Source: Schaalia odontolytica (GTDB lineage Bacteria; Actinomycetota; Actinomycetes; Actinomycetales; Actinomycetaceae). From it: a stretch of DNA of 32,000 nucleotides. This document shows, one piece after another, positions 8,622 to 16,515 of this stretch; within the stretch, counting starts at the first letter, position 1, and each line of letters begins with the position of its first letter. A model generated the notes under the pieces. It did not search any database, was not told the DNA's origin, and was given only the letters and a program-made list of their open reading frames with translations. The stretch lies in assembly GCF_005696695.1 (NCBI RefSeq), contig NZ_CP040006.1, positions 1,920,001-1,952,000 of the forward strand. Reading direction: 5' to 3'. The position numbers and the translations under genes were made by a program.

Positions 8622-10034
8622 TCAGTCTCCGAGAGCCTTGAGCTTCTCGTTCATCTGATCCTGAGCGGTCTTGAGAGCGGTCTTGGGATCGACCTCACCG
8701 CGGATGGCCTTGTTGACGTTCTCAATGAGGGCGTCCTTCACGGCGCCGGTCGCGTAGAAGACGTCGGTGTAGGCCTCGGCGTCCTTGGCGGCCTTAGCGG
8801 CCTCCTCGTAGGCGGCCTTGAAGACCGGGTCGTCGGCGATCTCCGGCGGGTTGGCAACGAGCTTGTCAAGGGCGTCGGTGGCGGCCGGGAAGATGATGGC
8901 GCCGCCGTCGTGCGTCCAGGCGTACTCGTTCTCAGCGTTGGTGATCCACTCGGCGAACTTCATGGCCAGGGGGGCGTTCTGCGTGGTGACGGAGACGCCG
9001 ATGTACTGGCCTTCGAAGACGGGCTTGATGCCGGGGTTGGTCGGGAACGGGCCGACGCCGGTGTTCTGGTAGACCGTCTCGTTGTTCTTCTTGACGGACT
9101 TGAGGAACGAGGCGTTGGGGGTACCGAAGGCGAGGTTGCCGTCGGTGTAGGCCTTGCCCGGGTCGGGCTCGCCGGTCAGGGAGTCCTTCGGGATGGCGCC
9201 GGAGGCGTAGAGCTCGGAGAGCTTGGTGACGTAGTTGATCGCGGCCTCGTTGTCGGCGAAGTCGAAGGCGGTCTTGTCGGCGTTGAGCAGGTTGACGCCC
9301 ATGCCGTGCAGCTGAGCGATCATGTACCACTCGGGCGAGCCGTAGATACCGTAGTCTCCCTGTCCGTCGGCGCCGACCTTGGCGGCATCCTCGAACAGCT
9401 CATCCATGGTCTTGGGCGGCATGTTCTCGTCGAGACCAGCGCGCTTGAAGACCTCCTTGTTGTAGGTGGTGATGTAGGGGCCGAAGTACCAGGGCAGAGC
9501 CGTGTGGTGGTCGTTGGCGCCCAGGGCGGTGGACTCCCAAATGGACTTCACGAACTTGTCGCCGATGCCGGGGGCCTTGACGTCGTAGTCCATGAGGAGG
9601 TTGGACTTGGACAGGGCGAGGATGGTGGAAGAGGGAACGTTGATGACGTCCGCCATCTTGCAGTTCGAGGCCTGAGCGGTCACGGTCTGGTCGAACTCGG
9701 CGCCGCCGCCCTGGTCGGTCCAGTTGATCTTGACGCCGGGGTTGGCGTCCTCGAATTCCTTGATCTTGGCCTTGAAGAAGTCGCCGAAGTCGTTCTGCAG
9801 ACCCTGGGTCTGGAACGTGATCTCGCCTTCAACCTTCGAGGTGTCGATCTTCGAGTCGTCAAGGTTGCCCGCGGGGATGTCGCACGCGACATCGGGCTCG
9901 GGGATGGAACCGGCAGCGGTCGAACCGCCGCTCGAGCTGTCGGAGCTGGAGCCACCAGGGTTGCAGGCGGCCAGGCCGAGGGTGCTGAACATGGCGAGGG
10001 CGACAACGCCTGCGGCCATCTTCTTCTTCAACAT
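8622..10034 (-). CDS. extracellular solute-binding lipoprotein of a sugar ABC importer (family 1 SBP)
   Basis: 470 aa. The ATG at 10034 is preceded by GGAGG. Lipoprotein signal MLKKKMAAGVVALAMFSTLGLAAC with an LAAC lipobox, followed by a Ser/Gly-rich tether. The overall composition is typical of CUT1 sugar-binding proteins. Confidence 0.9.
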   Translation of the reverse strand: MLKKKMAAGVVALAMFSTLGLAACNPGGSSSDSSSGGSTAAGSIPEPDVACDIPAGNLDDSKIDTSKVEGEITFQTQGLQNDFGDFFKAKIKEFEDANPGVKINWTDQGGGAEFDQTVTAQASNCKMADVINVPSSTILALSKSNLLMDYDVKAPGIGDKFVKSIWESTALGANDHHTALPWYFGPYITTYNKEVFKRAGLDENMPPKTMDELFEDAAKVGADGQGDYGIYGSPEWYMIAQLHGMGVNLLNADKTAFDFADNEAAINYVTKLSELYASGAIPKDSLTGEPDPGKAYTDGNLAFGTPNASFLKSVKKNNETVYQNTGVGPFPTNPGIKPVFEGQYIGVSVTTQNAPLAMKFAEWITNAENEYAWTHDGGAIIFPAATDALDKLVANPPEIADDPVFKAAYEEAAKAAKDAEAYTDVFYATGAVKDALIENVNKAIRGEVDPKTALKTAQDQMNEKLKALGD

Positions 10035-10089
10035 GCGAAACCTCCATTGGTCCGTTCTTGTTGGTCGATCGATGGGATCGAGTCACTAA

Positions 10090-10103
10090 CTATCTCGTGT
10101 TAG
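10090..10103. promoter_or_regulatory. candidate LacI-family operator O2 (CTATCTCGTGTTAG, 12/14 to the palindrome)
   Basis: Lies 56 nt upstream of the binding-protein ATG and 11 nt downstream of the candidate -10 box, so it would cover the early transcribed region. Confidence 0.6.
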
Positions 10104-10114
10104 TTGATGTCTGA

Positions 10115-10120
10115 ATCATA
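10115..10120 (-). promoter_or_regulatory. candidate -10 box TATGAT for the ABC importer operon
   Basis: The minus strand reads TATGAT (5/6 to TATAAT). No convincing -35 was found, which is common in Actinobacteria. Confidence 0.4.
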
Positions 10121-10189
10121 GCGGCCTGTGACGCTTCGCGCATCATTTGCCAACAACTTTACGCATCGTTATCAAGCCGCAACATAACA

Positions 10190-10214
10190 GGTTGGGGCTT
10201 AATCACCCCCAACC
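10190..10214 (-). terminator. short hairpin overlapping the beta-galactosidase stop codon
   Basis: GGTTGGGG (10190-10197) pairs with CCCCAACC (10207-10214). On the minus-strand RNA it is followed by the U-rich UGUUAUGUUG. It may separate lacZ from the ABC transcript. Confidence 0.4.
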
Positions 10215-13024
10215 TGGGCAATTACGAATGTCAGGTCCGTATCGCGCATACAACCGGCGAACTCGGGCCGAGAGTCAGGCCCGCACGAACGTGTGCCGAT
10301 GCCGTCCTGGAATGCGTCGAGCCACAGGAACGTACGCTCACTGTCAGGCAGGTCCTCCCAGTGCGAGGCCTCGGCCAATTCACGCTCGCTCCACGGCGAG
10401 GCGCTCCAGCCCAGGGACGAGGTCGGCACGACGAGGAGGTCGCCCGCCTCGCCATGCAGACGGAGGGCTTCGAGGTCGAGGCGCTGCCCGCCTTCCTGGG
10501 GGCGCACGCTGACATCCCAGAGCTCTCGCACGGGGGCGCGTCCATATCCGCGAGCGCCACTCACGCGCATGTCGGAGTATCCGATAAGGGTGTCGCCGAG
10601 CCACGAGGCTTCCCACTGCGATCCGGGCATCTCGATGCGCACGCCGAGGCGCGGGACACGCTCGGGCCAGGCCCCGTAGGGCACGACGCGAGCAGACACA
10701 GACAGGGCCGGGGTCTCCCCCAGCAGCACGGGACGATATTCCCAGGTGAGGGTGACGCCAAACTGCGCGACAGGCGGGGCCCAGCGCTCGACGACGCGCT
10801 GGCAGGGGCCATCCTCCTCGACGGATACGAGGCGTCGGCGCAGCAGGTGCAGGCGAGCCTGCTCCCAGCGGGCTGCGTGCGAAGTTCCGTGCTCGCCGCG
10901 CCCGACCCCGAGCGGGCCGAGGTCGGCCTCGTCAATCCCCCAGTAGTCGACGGGGCCGCGCCCGCGATCGTTGTCGGTGGGGGCCCTAAAGACGCTGAGG
11001 TCGACGCTCACGGGCATGGTACCGATCCGCGCGAGGCGCCCGCGCGCATCGAGCGCGTAGGGGGCTGCCACATCATCGTCCGAGCGGACGACCGCGACGG
11101 GGGCGCCGAGGAGCGCGCGCAGTCGGGCCTCATCCGGGCCATGTCCGCGCGAGGACTCGACAGCCTTCGCGAGGGCCGGAGCGTCCGGGGCCATCGCCTG
11201 AACCCACGACCAGGTGCCGGCGTAGGGGCGCGACAGGGCATCGATCAGGCCATCGCACACGAAGCTGCCGTCGTGGACCTCCTCGCCGAAGTCGCCACCG
11301 TAGGACAGGGCTCGTCGCCCGTCGGGCAGGGTGCGCCACAGGGCATGGTCGCGCCATTCCCACACGAAGCCGCCAGCATGGCGGGGGTGGCCCATCTGCG
11401 CGGCGTAGGCGGCGGCGTTTCCGGGACCTGTTCCCATCGCGTGCAGGTATTCGCACATGATGTAGGGGGCGCGGCGGATGCGCTCGCGCGCGGCGTCGTC
11501 AACCCGCGCGGCGACGTGCGTGGGGACGGCAACCTCGGCGTGGGGATCGCTTTCGTCGAGGACGGCGGCGACTTCCTCGAGGGTCGGGTACATGCGCGAG
11601 TAGATGTCCGTGTATTCGAGGCCGTGGTCGCCCTCGTAGTGAACGATCGCCCGGGAACCCGTGCGCTCGTGGATCCAGCGCGCGCAGGCGACCAGGTTCG
11701 CGCCGGTGCCGGACTCGTTGCCAAGGCTCCAGCTCATGATCGAGGGATGGTTCTTGTCGCGCTCGAAGGCGCGGACCGTGCGATCCATGTAGGCATCGGT
11801 CCAGCGCGGGTCGTCGGAGGGGTTATCGATCCACTCCCCCTCGCCCTCGAACCCATGCGTTTCAATGTCGCCTTCGAGCATGACCCACAGGCCGATCTCG
11901 TCGACCAGGTCGAGCAGGCGGGGGTGGGGCGGGTAGTGGGAGGTGCGAATCGCGTTGATTCCCATGGACTTCATGAGGGTGAGGTCTTCGCGCGCCCAGG
12001 CCTCGTCAAACACGCGTCCCTCGGCGGCGCGCACCTCGTGACGGTTAACCCCGTTGAGGGTCAGGGACTCGCCGTTGGCCATGAGAACGCCGTCCTCGAT
12101 GGACACGCGACGGAAGCCGATGCGCAGGCACCGCTCCCCCGCGTCGAGGCCTTCCGAGCCCTGGACGCTGACGCGCGCTTCGTAGAGGGCTGGGTCCTGC
12201 GCGCTCCACGGGCGCACGCTGCCCACTTCGATGCGGCCGCTGCGGTAGCGGCCGTCCTCGCCGCGTTCGAGCGAGCAGGCGAACGACCAGAGGCCGTCGA
12301 TGCTGAGATGCCCGGACAGATGAGCCTCCTGGGCGCCGAGCACCCGGGCTTCGATGGTCACATAACCCACCCCGGCCTCGTAGTCGGTGTCGACCCACAG
12401 GTCTTCGATAGCTCCGGGAGCCAGGCGGCGCAGGCTCACCGAGCGGAAGATGCCGGGCAGCCACCACTGATCCTGGTCCTCGAGGTAGGAGCCGGAGCTG
12501 AACTGGTGCACGCGCACGGTGATCGTATTGACGCCGGGGTGCACGGCCTCGGTCACGTCGAACTCGTGGGCGAGGCGCGAACCGCGGGCCATGCCGATCC
12601 ACGTGCCGTTCACCCACACGGTGGCCTGACTTTCAACGCCGTCGAAACGCAGGCGAATGTGGCTGCCCTGCCAGTCGGCGGGGAGTTCGAAGGTGCGGCG
12701 GTAGTCGCCGACAGGGTTGTCGTCGGGCGGGAACGGCGGGTCGACCGGGAAGGGGAAGTCGACGTTGGTGTAGGCGGGGTGGCCCCAGGCGCCCTCGCCG
12801 CGCAGGACCCAGTGGCTGGGCACGTCGATCTCGGACGCGTCGCCGGCGGGAGCGGGTTCATCCCAGGGCTGCTCGACGTTGACGAAGGGGGCGGGGTCGG
12901 TGCTGTGATAGGCGAAGCTCCACATGCCATCGAGGCTGAGAACCCCACAGTCGTCAGCGAGGTGCGCGCGCGGAGGCACAAGCGCGCCCGCGCCGGGAGC
13001 ATAGGAAGGTAGTATCGATATCAC
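10199..13024 (-). CDS. lacZ: beta-galactosidase, glycoside hydrolase family 2 (LacZ-type), 941 aa
   Basis: Collinear with E. coli LacZ: LSLDGMWSFAY, YTNVDFPFPVDPPFPPDDNPVGDY, SGSYLEDQDQWWLPGIFR, the acid/base motif WSLGNESG and the nucleophile motif CEYLHAMG. There is no signal peptide, so it is cytoplasmic. A GTG at 13024 with GAAAGG upstream is preferred. The 134 codons the track adds up to 13426 run into the divergent regulator gene. Confidence 0.92.
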   Translation of the reverse strand: MISILPSYAPGAGALVPPRAHLADDCGVLSLDGMWSFAYHSTDPAPFVNVEQPWDEPAPAGDASEIDVPSHWVLRGEGAWGHPAYTNVDFPFPVDPPFPPDDNPVGDYRRTFELPADWQGSHIRLRFDGVESQATVWVNGTWIGMARGSRLAHEFDVTEAVHPGVNTITVRVHQFSSGSYLEDQDQWWLPGIFRSVSLRRLAPGAIEDLWVDTDYEAGVGYVTIEARVLGAQEAHLSGHLSIDGLWSFACSLERGEDGRYRSGRIEVGSVRPWSAQDPALYEARVSVQGSEGLDAGERCLRIGFRRVSIEDGVLMANGESLTLNGVNRHEVRAAEGRVFDEAWAREDLTLMKSMGINAIRTSHYPPHPRLLDLVDEIGLWVMLEGDIETHGFEGEGEWIDNPSDDPRWTDAYMDRTVRAFERDKNHPSIMSWSLGNESGTGANLVACARWIHERTGSRAIVHYEGDHGLEYTDIYSRMYPTLEEVAAVLDESDPHAEVAVPTHVAARVDDAARERIRRAPYIMCEYLHAMGTGPGNAAAYAAQMGHPRHAGGFVWEWRDHALWRTLPDGRRALSYGGDFGEEVHDGSFVCDGLIDALSRPYAGTWSWVQAMAPDAPALAKAVESSRGHGPDEARLRALLGAPVAVVRSDDDVAAPYALDARGRLARIGTMPVSVDLSVFRAPTDNDRGRGPVDYWGIDEADLGPLGVGRGEHGTSHAARWEQARLHLLRRRLVSVEEDGPCQRVVERWAPPVAQFGVTLTWEYRPVLLGETPALSVSARVVPYGAWPERVPRLGVRIEMPGSQWEASWLGDTLIGYSDMRVSGARGYGRAPVRELWDVSVRPQEGGQRLDLEALRLHGEAGDLLVVPTSSLGWSASPWSERELAEASHWEDLPDSERTFLWLDAFQDGIGTRSCGPDSRPEFAGCMRDTDLTFVIAQVGGD

Positions 13025-13077
13025 GTCTCTGTGCCTTTCGGATGTCGTCGTCGAAACTCCGATCGTCAGAGATAAGA

Positions 13078-13091
13078 CTAACACGTTATAG
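13078..13091. promoter_or_regulatory. candidate LacI-family operator O3 (CTAACACGTTATAG, 12/14) in the divergent lacZ/regulator control region
   Basis: Lies 54 nt from the lacZ GTG and 45 nt from the regulator ATG. It overlaps candidate -10 boxes on both strands: TATAGT on + at 13087-13092 and TATAAC on -. Confidence 0.6.
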
Positions 13092-13135
13092 TTGTTGTGT
13101 TTCAACGAAACGCAACCGAGGATTGGGAGCCTTGC

Positions 13136-14218
13136 ATGGAGCGCGCAACCCGGGCTGACGTCGCCCGCGCAGCAGGCGTCGCACCGTCGACCGTCTCGCT
13201 CGTCCTCAACGGACGAGGCCGGGACGTGAAGATCGCGCCCGCCACCATCGATCGCGTCAAGCAGGCCGCACGCGAACTCAACTACATCCCCAACGCAGCC
13301 GCCCGGTCGCTGCGCCGCGGCAAGTCCCACCTCATCGCCCTCCTTATGGCCGAGCTGCCGGACGACCCCTTCGTGCCCGTCGTCCACACGGTCCTCACGA
13401 CCGCAATGATCGACATTCAGCGCCACGGCTACCTACTGCTCCCCCTCTTCCAGTCCGGCGACGGAGCCTCGGACGCCGAGGTCATCCGCGGGGTCCTGGG
13501 CGACACGCAGCTGGCCGGCATCATCCGCGAGACCACGTCGGCCGAGGCCTTCACCTCGCGCCTGCTCGCCAATCTCGGCATCCCTGTCGTCGCCATGTCG
13601 ATGATCGAGGCCAACCCCACCGGCTCGGAATCCTCCCTCATTCGCATCGACGAGGGTGCCGGCGTGCGCGACGTTCTCTCAGACTGCGCGCTCGTGGATC
13701 CGGCGACCGGCACAGGTCAGGGGCGTGCCGTCTTCTTGGCGGGACCAAACACGAATCACGCGCGCCAGAACCCGATCGCGAGCGCGTTCGGCACGAAGTT
13801 CACCCTCTACTCGCTGCCCGACTGGGAGCCCACCACGGCCTACCAGGCCGCACTGCGCCTCCTCGACGAAGACCCGTCAATCTCGCTCATCGCCCTGGCC
13901 GACGACTCGCAGGCCCCCGGCGTCTTCCAGGCTGCCGCAGACCTGGATCTGTCAGTACCCCACGACCTGTCGGTCCTCGGCTTCGGCAATCAAGACCACC
14001 GCAGCGCCTCCGCTCTCGGCCTCACGACGGTCGAGTGGCCCCTCAAGGAAATGACCGAGGCTGCCGTCTCCTCGATCATCAACGTGATCGAGGGCCGCTC
14101 CCCCATGACCGATGTTCACCCCAGCGCATCCATCGACGAGGAGGCCCCGGACGGCACCCCGATCGCGACGATCCCGACGCACCCGGTATGGCGCTCATCG
14201 GTGGCCAGGCGCGCATAG
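13136..14218 (+). CDS. LacI-family transcriptional regulator
   Basis: N-terminal HTH TRADVARAAGVAPSTVSLVLNG, then YIPNAAARSLRRGKS, then a periplasmic-binding-protein-like sugar-sensor fold. The ATG at 13136 is preceded by GGGAG with a 6-nt spacer. The GTG at 13097 in the track would abut the operator. Confidence 0.9.
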   Translation: MERATRADVARAAGVAPSTVSLVLNGRGRDVKIAPATIDRVKQAARELNYIPNAAARSLRRGKSHLIALLMAELPDDPFVPVVHTVLTTAMIDIQRHGYLLLPLFQSGDGASDAEVIRGVLGDTQLAGIIRETTSAEAFTSRLLANLGIPVVAMSMIEANPTGSESSLIRIDEGAGVRDVLSDCALVDPATGTGQGRAVFLAGPNTNHARQNPIASAFGTKFTLYSLPDWEPTTAYQAALRLLDEDPSISLIALADDSQAPGVFQAAADLDLSVPHDLSVLGFGNQDHRSASALGLTTVEWPLKEMTEAAVSSIINVIEGRSPMTDVHPSASIDEEAPDGTPIATIPTHPVWRSSVARRA

Positions 14219-14348
14219 GAGACGCACTCCCCCGCCGCGTCGGCAGTCGCGAGCTTATTCCCACGCCCACACTTCGCCCCGGGAACTGCGCATCTCCTGC
14301 ACTGGCTTCCCCACACGCGGACACCGGGACTGCCGCTACAGTGGACCC

Positions 14349-15281
14349 ATGGATCCCGATTACGTATTCAATAAGGCCCTGCCCTATCTGACGGGCAGGC
14401 TCGAAGATGCCGGCCTCACGGTTCAGATTGGCTTCAACAAAACCGAGCGCACAATGTTCCTCCTCCTCAACGATTCCGTGAAGTGCGGCATTAATCAACT
14501 CATCAACGAGCTGCTAGATGCGGAACCGGACGCGCACCACGATCTGATGGATCCGTGGGTTCCGTACCTCATCGAGCGGACACGCATCGACGAAACCATC
14601 CTGAACAAACCCGACGAGCTACGTCGACTCATACGCACCGAGTTCTGCACTGCCGACACTGTCGCACACCCGCAGTTTTCTTACGCCCGCCAATACCCCG
14701 GCGGCCTCGCGCTGACGCTCAGCCTCGACTGCCCGACACCCCTGTTCAGGCTGAAAGACGAACAGCTGGCCCAATGCCCCCTGAGCATCGACGAGCTCTT
14801 CCATTGCGCACAAAAGAACACCGACGACCTCCCCATCGAGCGCATCCAGCAGTTCGGGCCCTTCACCTGCCTGTCGGCGCAATCCCCGTTCGTCACGGCG
14901 AAGGCCGCGAACATACCCGCGCTCATGTCGCGTTTCCAGATCCAGGCACCGCACGGCCTGTTCTTTACGATCCCGGCGAACCACATGATGTACTACGCCC
15001 CCGCCGACCCCGCGAACATTTCGAAGCAGCTCTGGGATCTCGCGATCTTCGGCCGCGTCCCCGTCCTCACCACGACCAAGCAGCGCCCGGAGGCTGTTGT
15101 GAGCCGCGACATCTTCTACTACTCGCCAGAAGGAACGTACGAGCCGATCACGCAGGGCGATAACCCGGCCATCCAGGAGTTGTTCACGAATCAAGACATC
15201 GACGCCGAGACCGTGCGCACCTGCGTCGATCAGTACCTGTCCCCCTCCCCCGCTTTCCGGGCGCGATTCGACTTGCCCTAG
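14349..15281 (+). CDS. hypothetical protein, 310 aa (possible distant YtpQ/DUF1444-like)
   Basis: Clean ORF from the ATG at 14349. The upstream part of track ORF 14112.. is an Arg/Pro-rich out-of-context extension that overlaps the regulator gene. Acidic and soluble, with no TM segment or signal peptide. Hand-counted GC is about 50-63% per 60 nt, against about 67% in the neighbours. The motifs GLFFTIPANHMMYYAPAD and IFYYSPEGTYEPI recall, from memory, the YtpQ family. Confidence 0.6.
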   Translation: MDPDYVFNKALPYLTGRLEDAGLTVQIGFNKTERTMFLLLNDSVKCGINQLINELLDAEPDAHHDLMDPWVPYLIERTRIDETILNKPDELRRLIRTEFCTADTVAHPQFSYARQYPGGLALTLSLDCPTPLFRLKDEQLAQCPLSIDELFHCAQKNTDDLPIERIQQFGPFTCLSAQSPFVTAKAANIPALMSRFQIQAPHGLFFTIPANHMMYYAPADPANISKQLWDLAIFGRVPVLTTTKQRPEAVVSRDIFYYSPEGTYEPITQGDNPAIQELFTNQDIDAETVRTCVDQYLSPSPAFRARFDLP

Positions 15282-15329
15282 TCGCGAGTCCGACGCGAGG
15301 GATGCATCACAGGATCCCCGACACGACGC

Positions 15330-15367
15330 AGGGAGGGGCGGATGTCAGTTGGCATCCGCCCCTCCCT
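15330..15367. terminator. bidirectional hairpin terminator between convergent genes
   Basis: Perfect 15-bp stem AGGGAGGGGCGGATG / CATCCGCCCCTCCCT with an 8-nt loop, between the stop at 15281 (+) and the stop at 15441 (-). Confidence 0.7.
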
Positions 15368-15440
15368 CACACGTGCGCCTCGCGCCGGGCGCCTCCCGCA
15401 CGCTCACAAAGTGCGAGAGCGACACCCGGCGGCGACGCCG

Positions 15441-16343
15441 TTACTCACCGAGGCCGCAGGCCCGGTAGATGTTGGTCAGCATGGCCAAACGCTGTTCGAG
15501 GGACGCGTCCTTGGGGACGCAGACCTTCGCGCCGAGGTACTTGGCCCCACCCGCGACGGCAGCCTGTGCGCAGCGGGCGATCTCGGCCTCGTCCATGAGC
15601 GAGGTCGGTTCGTCGGCCTGCGCGGGCAGGTGTCCGTCGATCCAGGAGTAGCCGTACTGGGTTTCCTCCGGGCCTGCGCCCGAGAAGATGATGCCGTCCA
15701 GGACACCGCGCTTGCCGGCCTCGAGCACGTGCTCGTAGGCGGTGTCCGCGCTTCGGCCCTCCACGGCAGAGCGGCCCCAGTTGAGGTGAATGCCGATACC
15801 GGCCTCAGAGACGACATCGATCTCGGATTCAAGGGAGAGGAATCCCTTTTCGGGGTTCTGCTCGGGGATGTACTTGTCACAGTGCTCGATGACGAGCGTG
15901 GCCCCGCACCAGTCCCAGGTGGCCACCTCGGCGAGCGAACGCTTGAAGGCGTCCACCTGCGCCAGGCGCGTGGGTGCCGAGTGCAGCTGCACGCGGGCGA
16001 CCAGCTGGCGACCCGCCCGCTCACACAGGGCGGCGAGGTCGTCACGCAGCGCTCGGGTGAAGTCGAGAGCGGCGGCGCGTCCGGCCTCGTCGGGCGAGGC
16101 CAGGCCGAAGCTCTCGTTCTTCCACACGTTCTGCATGGTGCCGGGGATCGCGGTGATCGTATTGAAGTCCCAGTGAGCCGCCAGGTGGCTGGCCAGGACC
16201 TCACCCTGGGTGGCGAGCTGCCCCGGGTAGGGCATCTCAACGCCGCTCACCCACGGCTGATCTGCGAGGAGTCGGTAGTAGTCAGCTTCCAGCTCCGGTG
16301 CCGGATGCGACGCGTACGCGCCAAGGATGAATGGGAGTGCCAT
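15441..16343 (-). CDS. conserved protein of unknown function, 300 aa (DUF4862-like / sugar-phosphate isomerase-type TIM-barrel candidate)
   Basis: The ATG at 16343 (MALPFILGAYASHP) is preceded by GAAGGG. No TM segment or signal peptide. The pattern of alternating hydrophobic strands and helices, with conserved-looking acidic and His residues (VIEHCD, HLNWG), fits a TIM barrel. The family assignment is from memory only. Confidence 0.65.
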   Translation of the reverse strand: MALPFILGAYASHPAPELEADYYRLLADQPWVSGVEMPYPGQLATQGEVLASHLAAHWDFNTITAIPGTMQNVWKNESFGLASPDEAGRAAALDFTRALRDDLAALCERAGRQLVARVQLHSAPTRLAQVDAFKRSLAEVATWDWCGATLVIEHCDKYIPEQNPEKGFLSLESEIDVVSEAGIGIHLNWGRSAVEGRSADTAYEHVLEAGKRGVLDGIIFSGAGPEETQYGYSWIDGHLPAQADEPTSLMDEAEIARCAQAAVAGGAKYLGAKVCVPKDASLEQRLAMLTNIYRACGLGE

Positions 16344-16457
16344 GATAGTTGCCCTTCTACGATGAAATTGTCGCACGGATCACTAGAACGAACATACTCC
16401 TATTTCGCGCATGTGCGCAGCGAAGTAACACGACGCCCTGCGATTACCCCATCTACA

Positions 16458-16501
16458 TACGCGTGAGGGCGGGCACCAGCCGGTGCCCGCCCTCACGCGT
16501 A
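16458..16501 (-). terminator. very strong hairpin terminator after glmM
   Basis: Perfect 19-20-bp stem ACGCGTGAGGGCGGGCACC / GGTGCCCGCCCTCACGCGT with loop AGCC, 15 nt downstream of the glmM stop (16516). There is no U-tract (I-shaped). Confidence 0.7.
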
Positions 16502-16515
16502 CATCTCTCAGACGC

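Noticed and set aside
13025-13426. 134-codon N-terminal extension of the beta-galactosidase ORF in the track (and similar extensions at 6516-6584, 16344-16376, 17869-18123, 23547-23570, 28775-28915, 14112-14348)
   Set aside because: The extensions run through intergenic control regions or into neighbouring genes, are Arg/Pro/Gly-rich, and lack ribosome-binding sites. Internal starts with good Shine-Dalgarno sequences reproduce the canonical N-termini of the protein families.
2799-16343. Accessory block as a mobile genomic island or prophage remnant
   Set aside because: There is no integrase, transposase, recombinase, phage gene, tRNA attachment site or flanking direct repeat. Apart from the gene at 14349-15281, GC content looks native.
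16425-16432. Operator half-site GTAACACG upstream of the DUF4862-like gene
   Set aside because: Only 7 of 14 positions match and the second half of the dyad is absent. This is too weak to call a fourth operator.
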